Below, piece after piece: positions 27,238 to 41,845 of a DNA stretch of 64,000 nt (position 1 is the first letter of the stretch; every line of letters starts with the position of its first letter). Made by a program: the position numbers and the translations under genes. Where the stretch lies: positions 157,952-221,951 of the forward strand of contig NW_027192223.1 in NCBI RefSeq assembly GCF_041956535.1, in the 5' to 3' direction. The stretch is from Calcarisporiella thermophila CBS 279.70. Taxonomy: Eukaryota; Fungi; Calcarisporiellomycota. Below the pieces are notes generated by a model. That model was given only the letters and a program-made list of their open reading frames with translations. It had not been told where the DNA came from and made no database searches.

Positions 27238-28962
27238 CTACGCTTTGCTATGTTGCTTCCCCGCCCAGCAACCAGGACAGTTGTGTAAGACTTCATGCAC
27301 AAATATATCACAATCCACACAAAAGTGTTGTTTGCATTTGCTGCATTGGTATCGCCCACTAGAAGCCGTTTCTTGGGCTATGGATGGAATAGCACCAGGG
27401 CCAGTAGTACGCGTAGTAGGTGGAGGTTTCGACTCAAAGGGTATTTGACAGGAAAAGCAGTGATCAGATACAGCACTATTTAAAATATACCAGCAGAGTA
27501 ATAGGCGTAAGTTCCTCCTGTGATCTAGACTTATAGATTTATCTCAAACTACCTTTTCCATGGCACCTCGATATAATTATTCACAGGAAACAAATGGTGA
27601 TAAGAGCGAGCCAAATGTGGGCTCGACACTAGAGTAAGCCCGCATATGTCGCAATCTGTCGGAATATCGCATACTTTTGCGGAACATCTTGGACATAAAA
27701 ACCCTCCAACCGTTAGCTTCCCGTGACTAAGAGTGTAAAATATTTATCTATATTAAATTAAATAATTCAACCAAATTACTAGTAAAATACGTACCAAACA
27801 CATAAAGAGCTATCGGTTTCAACAAGTCGTTTTGGGAATCCCATCATCACTAGGTTAGAGGAGCTCTTAGCAGTTGTTACAGGTGGGGGGGGAATCATTT
27901 CAAACAGTAGCTCCTTGTAATGAGTTTCATTTAAAACTACTCCCAGTTGCCCTAAGTTAAGATGATACATTACTAATGCAGTTGAAATAACCTCTTAGTT
28001 TCTAGTATACCTCGAGTTTCATGACACAACGTCTTGAGAATTTGCATTTCTGCTGCAAGAGCAACAACGCTTACTCGAATATTTTCCTGCTTTAATGCAT
28101 TAATGGTATCAGTAATATCGCCTGGATCGCAGGTTGTAAGCGAGCCGTATATAATAACAATTTCGCGAGAACCGTGGGAGGGAACATGTCTAATTACAAG
28201 ATATGCATGGCCCAAATTAGTAGCAAGTGGTGTAAATAGGCTTAGTAGTGTAAATAGGCCATTTGAATACATACGATAAGGAATTGCGCGCCATCTCTAG
28301 CGAATTTTGCAAAGAGGGTTCTCCTGATGTATCCTGATTTTTTTTGTCTTTAAGGATCTTAATGTGATCATTTGGATTACCTAGAAAAAACCTGCGTTCA
28401 TTATCCGCTCTGAAAATATAATTCAAATCATATTCCTACATACCACTTAAATCTGATAATTTTTCAGCAATTCCATCTCTAGTCGCAATAATGCCCAACT
28501 GGCTGATTGGATTTTGATCAAAAAATTCTAAAACGAACTGCCTAGCATAATCAAGTGTTAAATCCAGACGCGAGGGACGTAAATCTTTCTCGGCCATGGC
28601 TTCGGACGCATCCAGAACAAGAAAAAGATGTCGGATAATGCCTCGTTGAAGTGTAGCAGTATCGCGAAGTAATCTGGAATGTTTGAATATAAAAAGTCAT
28701 TTAAATGGGCCTAGAGGGCAAGAAAAGAGGGATATCTCCTCCATATGAGAAAGATCATAATGAATTACCTTCGCCTTTTGAGTTGTTGTTGTAAATTAGC
28801 AACGACACTTTGGATACTTCCATGTTCATCCTCTTGGACTATATCCCAACTCCGCTTATATTCTTCTTCCCATGAGTAGCCTACTTGCTGAGTGTTATGC
28901 TGGCTATCATCAATGGTATCATCGACATCGATGTGCTCATCTTCTTCGCGTGATTTTGCCAT
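27238..28962 (-). CDS. SSL1: TFIIH p44 subunit Ssl1
   Basis: '[13 protein letters not shown]', '[10 protein letters not shown]', '[11 protein letters not shown]', 'MMGFP', C4 zinc fingers and C-terminal '[19 protein letters not shown]'. Confidence 0.95.
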
Positions 28963-29119
28963 ACCTTTCGCGACCAAACCTATATGGAACTAAGATTTAG
29001 ATATTCAAATTACTTGTGGCTTGGTTTTATTAATCCTTGCTTAACAACTTTTGTTTTTGATTTTCCCTCTATCGTCCTGGAACTAATAATTGGAAATTTG
29101 AAGATTTGCGGACAAAAGA

Positions 29120-29648
29120 ATGACCATTGCTGCCACGAATCTTGCTGTAACAACAGCTAGCTCTAATTCTCTTGCTCATGCACGCAGGCGCGTGATGCAT
29201 CTCTATCGAGACTGGCAACGTGCGGTAAGTAGAGAAAATAGAGATCATCTTGCAATATTGTAATTTTAACAACCAGTACGTTAACATACGATGAAAACTT
29301 ACTTGCAGGCAACGATCATACCCTCCCTCTATCTTCTCGATATGCCTTCTTCTTCTGTTCGTAACAAAATCCGTGAGGAGTTTGAGAAAAATCGACACGT
29401 GTCTGACATCAAAGTGATCGATGTTCTAATTGCTAAAGGGAGAATGGAATACCAGGAGACAATGAATTTGGTAAAATTTATATGCTTAATGCTAGTTTTT
29501 GCTTTTTTTAGCTTAATAATTTTATTTGCCTATTCTTTTTATTTTCTAGTGGAAGGAGAAGAGTCATATAATGCGTTACTTCAGTCAGGAAGAAGCGCCG
29601 CCAAAGCCAGACACCTTCTTGGAAAAGTTCTATGCAGGAAAGGATTAA
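29120..29648 (+). CDS. NDUFA6: Complex I accessory subunit NDUFA6/B14 (LYRM6)
   Basis: Three exons giving 'ARRRVMHLYRDWQR...KIREEFEKNRHV.D..VIDVLI.KG.MEYQET.N.WK...H.MRYF...FLEKFYAGKD'. Confidence 0.9.
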
Positions 29649-29877
29649 TTCAAGAGAAAAGATTCAATATTCACTGATTCTTTTTATTTCTTTGTATTTT
29701 TGGAAGTGGATAAACGAAATGGTTGTGAATAATCCAATAAATAGAAGATATTTCGTATAGCTCGTATTGTTGGTGATAAAGTTTAACTTTTGAATATTTA
29801 TTAAATAAGATAAGCGAGGGCAGATGTATGGATAGAGGATATGAACCCTCAGTTATATTCTCAAAAAGAGCTTCCGT

Positions 29878-32800
29878 CTATGCATTTCGTACAAACTGCA
29901 ACAAACACAACGTATATGCAAACATATCATCTAACCTCTTGGATCCTTTTCTTGCGTCGATCAACTCTCTCACTAGAGATGCAAATTCTTCATAATTCCG
30001 AGCAATAAGATCACCGTGCACCTTCAAGAACACACTCAAATAGGTCTCAATAAGTTCAAAATCACGATGAGTAGATAACAAGGATGTGATGGCTCTTAGG
30101 AAGAGACGTAATTCCTTCATGTTATCATCAATGCTGAGTGAACGAATCTCAAAATCAACTGCAGAAGGATTGAGGGTTTTAAGGTGCGCAAGGAAAGAAG
30201 CGACTACAATAGAGAATACAAAAATTTAGTCACAGTATTAATTGCTCTCTTATATATTTAAAACCTACAATCGCCCGACTGTTCACCCTCCTTCAACCGC
30301 TTTGCGATTTCCGTTTCAACTTGCAACTCGCTAAAGTTCACTTTTCGCGACTTTTCGCTTTCCACTTTGCTTGTATCTTTCTCCGTTTCCGTCACGAACT
30401 TAGGGTCAACTCCAGGAAGCGTTGGTAAAAAGAATGGTGCTTTCTCAGGAGCTTTAGGAGGCTCTCGTGGCTTATTTCTCTTTTTAATTATCTCGAGATT
30501 GAGCAGTGTTTGCCATTTAGAGCGGGGAAGAAGCGATAGAGTAATCATCTCATCTGAGAGTTGATCAATTGTTTCGGCAGGCAACTGAGCGTTTTCACCC
30601 TCAACTTCTACTCCTCCAACAAGTTCCTCTTCTTCACCCTCAGCCAAGCCAGACGAAGTAGGCATTTCGACGGAGAATGGGTCTTCATCAGAAGAAAGAT
30701 TGCGCAGCGGTACATTAGCAAATTGGGAACGATTGGCCCACAAAAAAATACCAACATGGTCCACATGCGAAGTCGCTAGAAAATCACCAGCAGGAGAAAA
30801 ACTGACACTGGTAGCAACACTTTCGACCCGGAATGCGTCAATCAGGTAGCCGGTCGGGAGATCCCATGTGCGGATAGTTGCGTCCAAAGAGGTCGAAACA
30901 AGCCAACGTCCATCCGGGAAGAATGCCATATCAGTAATTCGGTTGCGATGACCCCAAAATTCACGTACTACACGCCGAGTCTCAATATCCACAATCCTTA
31001 TCCCCAAATCGTCGCCAGCAACAGCCAGCAAATTATTCTCTTTGTTGAGTATGATACTTGCCGCCGGTATCTCTAGAGTCGCCACACAATCGGCAGTTTG
31101 GAAACTCCATACTTTTACCGTGCCATCCAAAGAGCTTGTCACCACATACCGATTGATTGAATCAGCAACAATACCCGTAATCGCTTTAGTATGACCACTA
31201 AAAGTCCGTCGATGTAATCCTGACTGGAGATTGAACATGTCAACTCGGCCGCTGGCTGCCCCGACAAACCCAAAGTTGCCACACGCGCTGATAGCGGTTA
31301 CTTTAAGAGCAGATCCGTCTGATGTTTTTAGAACATGTTTGCCAAGAGCCTTACGTTGAATAGACCAGGTTCGGGCTGCAGTATCATTAAGATGGGTCGT
31401 TAGGACATTATCCCAATCCTTTTGTCTAGTATCACCTATCGACAAAATTCATATGAAAACAATTAATTAAAGAAGTATTTAAAATATATTGTTCTAATCC
31501 ACGTACTTGCTGAGAAATGTAAGATTTGCGGTAGCTTCAGATCATCAATTTTTAAGTTTAGTAGGCGAGACTTTCGGCTAAGATGCCCTTGTGATAACTC
31601 AGTGCTTTGTGCGTCTCTGATGGTAGAAAAAAGGCGGAGTGATCTGTCACGACCCGCACTGAGAATTAAATGTCCGTCAGGCCCATAGTAGCGGATAAAC
31701 GTGGGAGGTGCATGATGGCCGCTTCTCGACTTGAGAAGTCTCGGTAAACCATCCAAACTATCGAAGATCCATTGCTGCAAAAAATTGGGGAATAAGCTCA
31801 TATTCAGAAATAATTATACAAACTACTAGTTACTTTAACAGAATTATCTGCTCCTGAAGAGAGAAGTATAGGCTGGCCATTAAGAAACTGCACTGATGCA
31901 ATAAGTCCGTCATGGGCACCCTTCATGACGTGCACGAGTCGCCGTTTATCAAGGTCCCATAGCGATATATCGCCATATGCATTAGCAGATGCCATGATAT
32001 GTTGGTCATCTATCCAAATATTTAGTTAATTACATTGCAACATTAAATGCAAAGTAAATAGTCTACCTGTCCTGAAAGAGACGCCTGTAACCTTTCCCTC
32101 TTGTTTTATTTTCATGATTGTCTCATCTACGCGAATGTTGTGAATCACTACTGTGCCATCCAGCAAACCCACAGCCACAACATCGACAACGGGTGATTGG
32201 GTGAGAGAAGTAATGGGAGACCCAAATGATTTGAATGAATGGACGAGTTTGCTACAATTGAATAAATAATGTTAAAATTTTCATTATAATCAAGGCTAAA
32301 TAATTTAATTACCCTGTTCGAATATTCCATAGCTGCATAGTCCCCTCCTTGCTACCAATAAGCACTTTGTTAAGGTATGTACTCGGGTGCACGATTGATG
32401 TAACAGTAAACTCATTTTCGAGTTCAAGTTCAGTATATAATTCTATATAACATGTCTATTAGCACATTGCCGGATTTCTATAATATTCAAAAGCAAGTAT
32501 TACCTTTAGTAGCGTGGTCATACATCTTCAAGGAGTTATCATCCGTTACGGCAATGACATGTTGCCCAAACATAAGGAGTGACACTATGCTCCCAGTTAC
32601 ATCAGTCTTAATTCGAGAAATCTAGATTTAATATTTGGTAAATTAGACAATGTCGCAAATATATATTATATCGAGTATAAATACTACCTCTTTTGTTCGC
32701 TTGTATATTATGATATCACTTCCACTTGCGGCAAACGTTAGATCTCCTTGACATGCCATAGCAGTAATTGGATTCTCGGTTTGTGGCCCTGCGTGAAATT

Positions 32801-33136
32801 GAAGTAAAACGAACCAGTTAACTCCAGATAACAAAAATAATTTAAAAAGGCTTTAACTTACCTACGAATAATAAGTTCATTTTTGAGCACTATTTTGTTG
32901 TTTTAAGAATTAATAAACTACAAGAGTATCCATTAAATTGTAGGTTTGAAATTTACGTTGTAAATATGGAAACTTTTGCCGACGCAGGTTGTCAGGAAAT
33001 AATCCTGCCCTCTTGACTGGACTAGAAATGGGATCTCATTGCACACATATCCAACTGCCCGGAAAGGCTGGTATAAGCATGGTGCAGTTTTACGATCTTC
33101 TGTCCGTGGCCGTTTATTAATTTCTAGAGTTGGCAT
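29878..33136 (-). CDS. UTP21: U3 snoRNA-associated WD40 protein Utp21 (WDR36)
   Basis: 'LYQPFRAVG', 'SRSGHHAPP', 'GHRNRITD', 'WQTLLNLEIIKKRNKPREPPKAPEKAPFFLP' and 'RDFELIETYLSVFLKVHG'. Confidence 0.95.
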
Positions 33137-33297
33137 TTTAAAATGATTATAACAGATCGTATGGAGCGGTATAGAGCTGTAAATTCGAAATATATTACTT
33201 CGATATTGTTTACTTCGGACTTTCAAATGTGACTTTTTAATTCTCTTCTCAATTTCTATTAATTTGAATTAAAGATTTACTGAGAAATAATCCTGAG

Positions 33298-35568
<2,271 letters not shown>

Positions 35569-35654
35569 TCTATTTCACTTTTTCTTAATAAAATTCCATA
35601 AGATAAAGAATGGGTTCAATCATTTAAACATGTGTTTATTAAAAAAAAGTAAAT

Positions 35655-37190
35655 CTACTGATTCATCCCTGCACTATGTATCCTTAGTCGGCAATCCTCA
35701 CCACCACTCAGCAACAAATCTCCAGACCATTCTACACAGAATACTTTCTGCTCTTCTTCCTCGCTATCATTTCCATGCAACAGGGTATATATCGGTGCGC
35801 GCCGACTACGTATATCCCAGACACGCACAATACCATCATACGATCCAGTCACGAGATGATGTTCTGAGCTTGGGCTCCATGCTACAGAGGAAACCCAGTT
35901 TCGGTGACCTGGGAGAGATAGTTTTAACATAGAAGCGTCACTGCTGCGGGGATCCCATACTCGCAGAACTCGATCCGCATGGCCAGTGGCAAGCAATCCT
36001 GTAAGTGGAGAAGGGGCGAGAGCATAAATCGTTTTCTCGCAGGAGAGTGTGGTAAGATTAGTGCGTTTATGGATATCCCAGACTCGAATGGAATGATCCC
36101 ATCCACCGCTATAAAGTATGTTTTCGTCCTTCGGATCGAACGCAACACATGAAACAGGGCCGACGTGGGCATCGAGAGTAGTCACGGGGGCTTTTACTAA
36201 CACATTATCACTATTTTTTGTTTTTCGCTTCTTGTTATTTTCATTTTCTGGCCCAGCTAGAAATTCTGACTCGTCCACATCGGGTACAGCGCTCGTATAG
36301 TATTTAATTTCTGCGTCCCAAGATGCAGTAGCAAAATGTTTGCCAGTGGAATCTACGGAGACTGATTCAACGCTACCTTTGTGCCCTTTTGCAACGTAGA
36401 GCGTTTCAAACATGTTATTTGAATCATACTAAAAATACATCAATATAGAGCATATAGGCGATTTATGAGTGAATGAAAATTTACCCTCCATGCGCGCACA
36501 GTATGATCTTGTGATGCAGTCAAAAATGTGTACTCTCCTAATAAAAGCGACTTAGATTAACAAGAAAAAAAAAAGACTGGTGTATTTTGAAATATACCTT
36601 CACTTTTCAGCCATGCCACACTTTTTATAGGCCCTTCATGACCAGTAAAAGTCTGTAAACATTCACCTGATTTGTTCCATATGCGCGCATTATTATCGTA
36701 AGAGCCAGTCAAGAAATACCTTTTCAAGAAGCATAATAATAAGCTTAAAAACCTTCAAAAACATAAAAGTGGAAGTATACCCGTTAGAAGCGCTCACGCA
36801 ATATACCCAATCATCATGTTCAAATGTTGAGAGCGATTTAGGAGGAAGCATTGACTCGATATATTCTAATATCAGCACATTTTCTGCAGAGATGCCTTTT
36901 GATTCCAGGTATTCCTCGAGACTAGTCCGCAGCGTCTCCCCGTCAATTAAAAATGTGAATGGAATAGTTTTCTCTAAAACAAAAATTATACATTTAGATA
37001 CCAATACTCATCATTAACAGCAATAGTCATCATTACCAAAATTTAGCATATGATTCACAATTTCCGAGAGTCCATATCTCTTAAGTCTGGTGGGTACCAG
37101 AATGGCAGTGTCTGGAACGACATACTTGTCATTCTTGGTAACAAACTTCACCTGTACTTTTCTCTCGTCTATTTCCATATTTTCTGCCAT
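35655..37190 (-). CDS. YTM1: Ribosome biogenesis protein Ytm1/WDR12
   Basis: NLE domain ('VQVKFVT...LKRYGLSEIVNHML...FLIDGETLRTSL..ENVLILEYI'), 'HDDWV' and WD40 repeats. Confidence 0.95.
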
Positions 37191-37396
37191 TATATATCGA
37201 TATTCGAGAAACGTGAAAACTACATTAAGCTCTCGAAAATGCAAATAAACGTGACGGCGAAGTGACTGCTGTTGCTGGATACAGGAATATCCCCCTTATC
37301 TCCCAAGAAAAATAAATTTGAAGAGCGAAGGCATCGCGACTGTTTCCTCCTCTTTCACTATTTCTCTATTACTATAAACAAGGGCACATAATAGCA

Positions 37397-38673
37397 ATGG
37401 TAAAGTATCATAGTCTGCTTTTATCCATCCATCCATCCACCCATCCATCCTTTTATTTTACTTTTAAAATCTATGAAATGGATGAGTGGGGTGTCTTGAC
37501 ACTGATGTTGAAATGAATTGTATGAATTTTTGCTCATTCTAATGATTTACCCTGCAGGCCGCTCGTCCCGTCATCAACGTCTTCTCTGAGACCGGTAAGG
37601 AAACCGTGGGCACTGTTCCGCTCCCCGCTGTGTTCAAGGCCCCGATCCGTCCGGATATCGTGAACTTTGTCCACACCAACATGGCAAAGAACAAGCGCCA
37701 GCCTTACGCTGTCTCGGATAAGGCCGGCCATCAGCACTCTGCTGAGTCCTGGGGTACTGGTCGTGCTGTTGCACGTATTCCTCGTGTTTCTGGTGGTGGT
37801 ACCCACCGCGCCGGTCAGGGTGCTTTCGGTAACATGTGCCGTGGCGGTCGTATGTTCGCCCCCACCAAGACCTGGCGCAAGTGGCACGTCAAGACCAACC
37901 AGAACCAGAAGCGCTATGCTACTGCTTCTGCTCTGGCTGCCTCTGCTATTCCTTCCCTCGTGTTGGCCCGTGGTCATCGCATTGAGGAAATTGCTGAGGT
38001 TCCTCTTGTTGTCTCTGATGCCGCTGAATCGCTCGCCAAGACCAAGAGTGCCGTTGCTCTGCTCCAGGCCGTGAACGCCTACCGTGATGTCACCAAGGTC
38101 AGCAACTCTCGCAAACTCCGCGCCGGTAAGGGTAAGCTGCGCAACCGCCGCCACCGTCAGCGTCGTGGTCCCCTCGTTGTTTACTCCGAGGACAAGGGCA
38201 TCGTCAAGGCCTTCCGCAACATCCCTGGTGTTGAGCTCGCCAATGTCCGTCGCCTCAACCTCTTGCAGTTGGCTCCTGGTGGCCACCTTGGTCGCTTCAT
38301 CATCTGGACCCAGGGTGCTTTCGCCCTCCTCGACGAGATCTATGGCACCACCGAGTCTGGCTCTTCCCTCAAGAAGGACTACTCTCTCCCCAACGCCATC
38401 ATGACCAACCCCGATGTCGCCCGTCTCATCAACTCCGATGAGATTCAGAGCGTTGTCCGCCCCGCTGGCCCTAAGACCCAGAAGCGTCCCTTCACTCAGA
38501 AGAAGAACCCGCTCCGCAACGTTGGCGTGATGGTTCGCTTGAACCCCTATGCTCGCACTCTCCGTCGTGCTGAGATCCTTTCCCAGCAGCGCCGTGCCAA
38601 GGAGGACAAGAAGACCAAGGCCCCTAAGAAGGTCTCGAACAAGAAGTTCATCGAGAACTTGCACGCCGAATAA
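37397..38673 (+). CDS. RPL4: 60S ribosomal protein L4 (uL4)
   Basis: ATG-only first exon and intron 37400-37557, then 'AARP...[39 protein letters not shown]'. Strong codon bias. Confidence 0.98.
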
Positions 38674-39028
38674 GCGCCAATTGTTCGCCCAAATATCTAT
38701 AGCTTCCTTTAAGCACGGTTTTTTATTGAAAAATTCGAAATAAAATGAAATTGCTGTGTTTGTTATATCCTCCATAAGAAAACGTCTGCTCAATTGACAT
38801 ATAAAGCTTATATCGCAATGAGTGGGGCTTTTTAGAATATTACACATTTACAAGGTTTATTTTAAATTAAAGGCCATAAAGAGGAAAAAATATATATAAA
38901 GAATATACTTATGTATGATGGTATGAAATAGCGAAGGTTAAAATAAAATAACGATAAATCAAAGGAATAAAAAAAAAAAGAGTATAGTTGTCTGTACAAA
39001 TGCTATGTATATTGAATATGGGTGTGGT

Positions 39029-41056
39029 TTAATACACATTTGCGGACACTAATGACACAGTTCTCGATTGCCTTCGCCAAAGTGGGCTAGTCCCTAACAT
39101 GACTTCATCCTCCGGCTCATCCACGTAATCCCCAAGACACATCTCTAAGAACCGCTCCCTTCCCTTGCGAGAATCCCGTGCTTCTCTCAATGTATCGATC
39201 CGATACGCATAAGCAATGATACGGCGAACTTGTGCGAGAGAGAGTCCGGCACTGTCAAAGCTCGAGCGTCCAAGCCAAAAGAGGATATGTTCGATGGCCT
39301 CAATGGGCAAATCGCATATATGAGTTTTTGAGAATCCTTGGCCAAACTTAAAGGTGGGAGTTTTGGGGGAGAGTGGTGGAGAAGGGTATCCGCGCGAAAT
39401 GCAATATTGATCTATAGCGGCTGGTAAAGAAGGATCGGTTGAAGATGAAGTTGAGGATTTCGCATGATAAGGGATGAAATGTGGCACTAGCATGGGCGTC
39501 ACTGAAGCCGCAAACGTAGGGGGCCATGGGCTTGGGGGTTGTGATAGTGGCCGGAGCGGCATTGCTTGCGAATCCTTTCTTCTACCAAAATGGATAAGCC
39601 TTGCAGCAACAAGTATATGGAATGCGGCAGCGTGTCTTTGGCGCAGTAGCATATGGTTACGCGTGAGACACGTTTGTACAAGGTTATAAGGTTGTTCCCA
39701 GTTTTCAAGCACGTAGTCGAGATGCAGAGTTTTAAGCACGGTGTTATTTTGCAATGTCTGCGCAAGGAGCCAGTGTCCTCTCTGGCCCACCAGTTGGTTG
39801 CCCGCGAGAGAGAGAGATTGTAGTCGTGTATTCTGGCGCAACGCTTTGCAGAGCGCCTCCACTCCCTCGTCACTGATGTGCGAATTAGCTAGCACCAAGC
39901 GAAGTAGATTGTGATTCTCTGCTAGAGCACTGGATATTTCCTCGATTGCACCCGCGAGGTGATTTCCCGTTAGAATCAAAGTGCGAAGTCCCGAATTGTG
40001 TCGGATGAGCATGGCTAAGGCAGCGCCCGCATCATCTCCGGTCCCGGACTGACCGATTCGATTTGATTCAAGATTTAGGGTGCGGAGAGACCTGTTACAT
40101 CCATCAACTATTGTCTGACACAGCAAACGGATACCATGACCGATATTGTTCCCTGCTAGGGACAAATGGGCTAGGCAAGTATTGAACCGGAGCGCATCTG
40201 CGAGGGTTATGCATCCCTCAGCGCTCAACTCGTTGATCGCCAAATTCAAGCTTGAGAGCGTACGATTTGCTTTCAAAGCCTTTGCAAGAACCCGGCCTCC
40301 TTCTATTTGTAGCCCGTTGCTTGCCAGGTTAAGGCGTTGCAACCCTGTGTTTTTGCGCAATAGGTGAGACATCGCAGTAGCACCCATGATTCCAATATTG
40401 TTTCCCTCTAGATTTAAGCACTCTAATGTTCCATTGCGTTCAAGCGCCTTGGCAAGCTTCTGGGCGTCTGTGCCGGTTAGCCCACTGAATGAGAGATTTA
40501 GCTCAACGAGCGACTGATTGAACTGCAGCATTTTACATAGGCATTTCATTCGATCTTTACTACCCAATGTCGCATTGCTGTAACTGATATCAAGTTTCTC
40601 AACCACTGTGCTCAGTTGAATGGATTGGAAAAGGATCTTGGATGCATCGCCATGGAGTTGACATCTTCGCAAAGAAATTCGTCTGACAAAGATTGCACGG
40701 GCTCTCAATAGCTTTGCGATTTTCTGCATATCTTCTGCACTAAGCCGAAGGTTCTCATAGGTCAAATTCTCAAGGCAAGCAGGCGGGGCTTGCTGCCCAT
40801 TATGGTGCTTGATTAGCTCTTCAATGTCGCGGTAATCAACGCGCATTAGGCTGCCCTCTATGAGATTATTAATGGTCGATGTGCGCCGAGCGATGCGGGA
40901 GAGAAGCTCTGCTCCACTGTCAACGGTGAAGAACCGTTCAAGCACGCTCCACCGCGTGGTCGATGAGGACGAAGAGATAGAGGAGATGGAGGAGGAGAAT
41001 ACGTCGGATGTGGAAGCCCTGCGCTTCCATCGGATAAAATCAAATGAGAAAGGCAT
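39029..41056 (-). CDS. RNI-like leucine-rich-repeat protein (NLRC3/CARMIL-type 28-aa LRRs)
   Basis: Intronless 675-aa ORF with repeated 'LA.AL..N..L..LNL..N.IG..G' units. Confidence 0.85.
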   Translation of the reverse strand: MPFSFDFIRWKRRASTSDVFSSSISSISSSSSTTRWSVLERFFTVDSGAELLSRIARRTSTINNLIEGSLMRVDYRDIEELIKHHNGQQAPPACLENLTYENLRLSAEDMQKIAKLLRARAIFVRRISLRRCQLHGDASKILFQSIQLSTVVEKLDISYSNATLGSKDRMKCLCKMLQFNQSLVELNLSFSGLTGTDAQKLAKALERNGTLECLNLEGNNIGIMGATAMSHLLRKNTGLQRLNLASNGLQIEGGRVLAKALKANRTLSSLNLAINELSAEGCITLADALRFNTCLAHLSLAGNNIGHGIRLLCQTIVDGCNRSLRTLNLESNRIGQSGTGDDAGAALAMLIRHNSGLRTLILTGNHLAGAIEEISSALAENHNLLRLVLANSHISDEGVEALCKALRQNTRLQSLSLAGNQLVGQRGHWLLAQTLQNNTVLKTLHLDYVLENWEQPYNLVQTCLTRNHMLLRQRHAAAFHILVAARLIHFGRRKDSQAMPLRPLSQPPSPWPPTFAASVTPMLVPHFIPYHAKSSTSSSTDPSLPAAIDQYCISRGYPSPPLSPKTPTFKFGQGFSKTHICDLPIEAIEHILFWLGRSSFDSAGLSLAQVRRIIAYAYRIDTLREARDSRKGRERFLEMCLGDYVDEPEDEVMLGTSPLWRRQSRTVSLVSANVY

Positions 41057-41845
41057 AAGAATAGGATGCGGATATACAGGGAGAGAGAATGAGAGAGAGA
41101 GTGGAGTGGGAGAAATGGAAAACTAGGAAAACTAGGAAAAAAAACACTGCAGTGTGAAACAATGGAAGGCGCCCCTTTAAGAAAGTGGCAAGCACTCGTG
41201 GACATTATTTCTGCTATTTTTGAAGCTAATTTTCATTAATTCTCTAACCTAACCTATGCACACCGCGAGTTTAATGGCGATAGAAGCTTTTGTCATCACT
41301 GAAGAGTGCCAAGACCAGTACTGCTTTGCTAACCGCTTAGAATTTGCATGCAGCTCTCCTTGGCGACGGCTCGCGATGGCGAGCAAAGGCGTGAAACGCG
41401 AGATTTCTGTACGGTGAAGCTGCAAGGCGATCCATCATCAACCTCTGCTCTCAGAGATGCGAGATCGGAAAGCCGCGCTGCACTTGACCTTTTTGGGCAC
41501 CAACACATTATCACGCACCAAAACATTCACGGTTCTGACCCAGACTCTAAACTTCCACAAATGAGCCAATTCCGCATGGTTTAGACCCCTTGTGGAATCG
41601 AAAGAACATTCGATTTATTATCATTGGTTACACGTAAAACCAACACTATGGGATTACTGGATATTAGTCGATATAAATTGGAAATTACTAGAATGCTTCT
41701 ATTCAGCTGATCAAGCAGATTAGAGGATTAATGAGCTCTTGACGCCCCTAGGAACATGGTTTAAGCCTGGTAGCGCAGACTTAAATAATATACAAGTACC
41801 ACGAATTCGACTGGTACAATGAAAAAGGGAATCGATAAAAGAGAA

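Noticed and set aside
37470-37506. C/D-box snoRNA in the RPL4 intron (TGGATGA...CTGA)
   Set aside because: The C box is imperfect, the span is too short, and I recognised no rRNA-complementary guide.
37534-38847. 437-aa antisense ORF
   Set aside because: Shadow of RPL4 caused by its strong codon bias.
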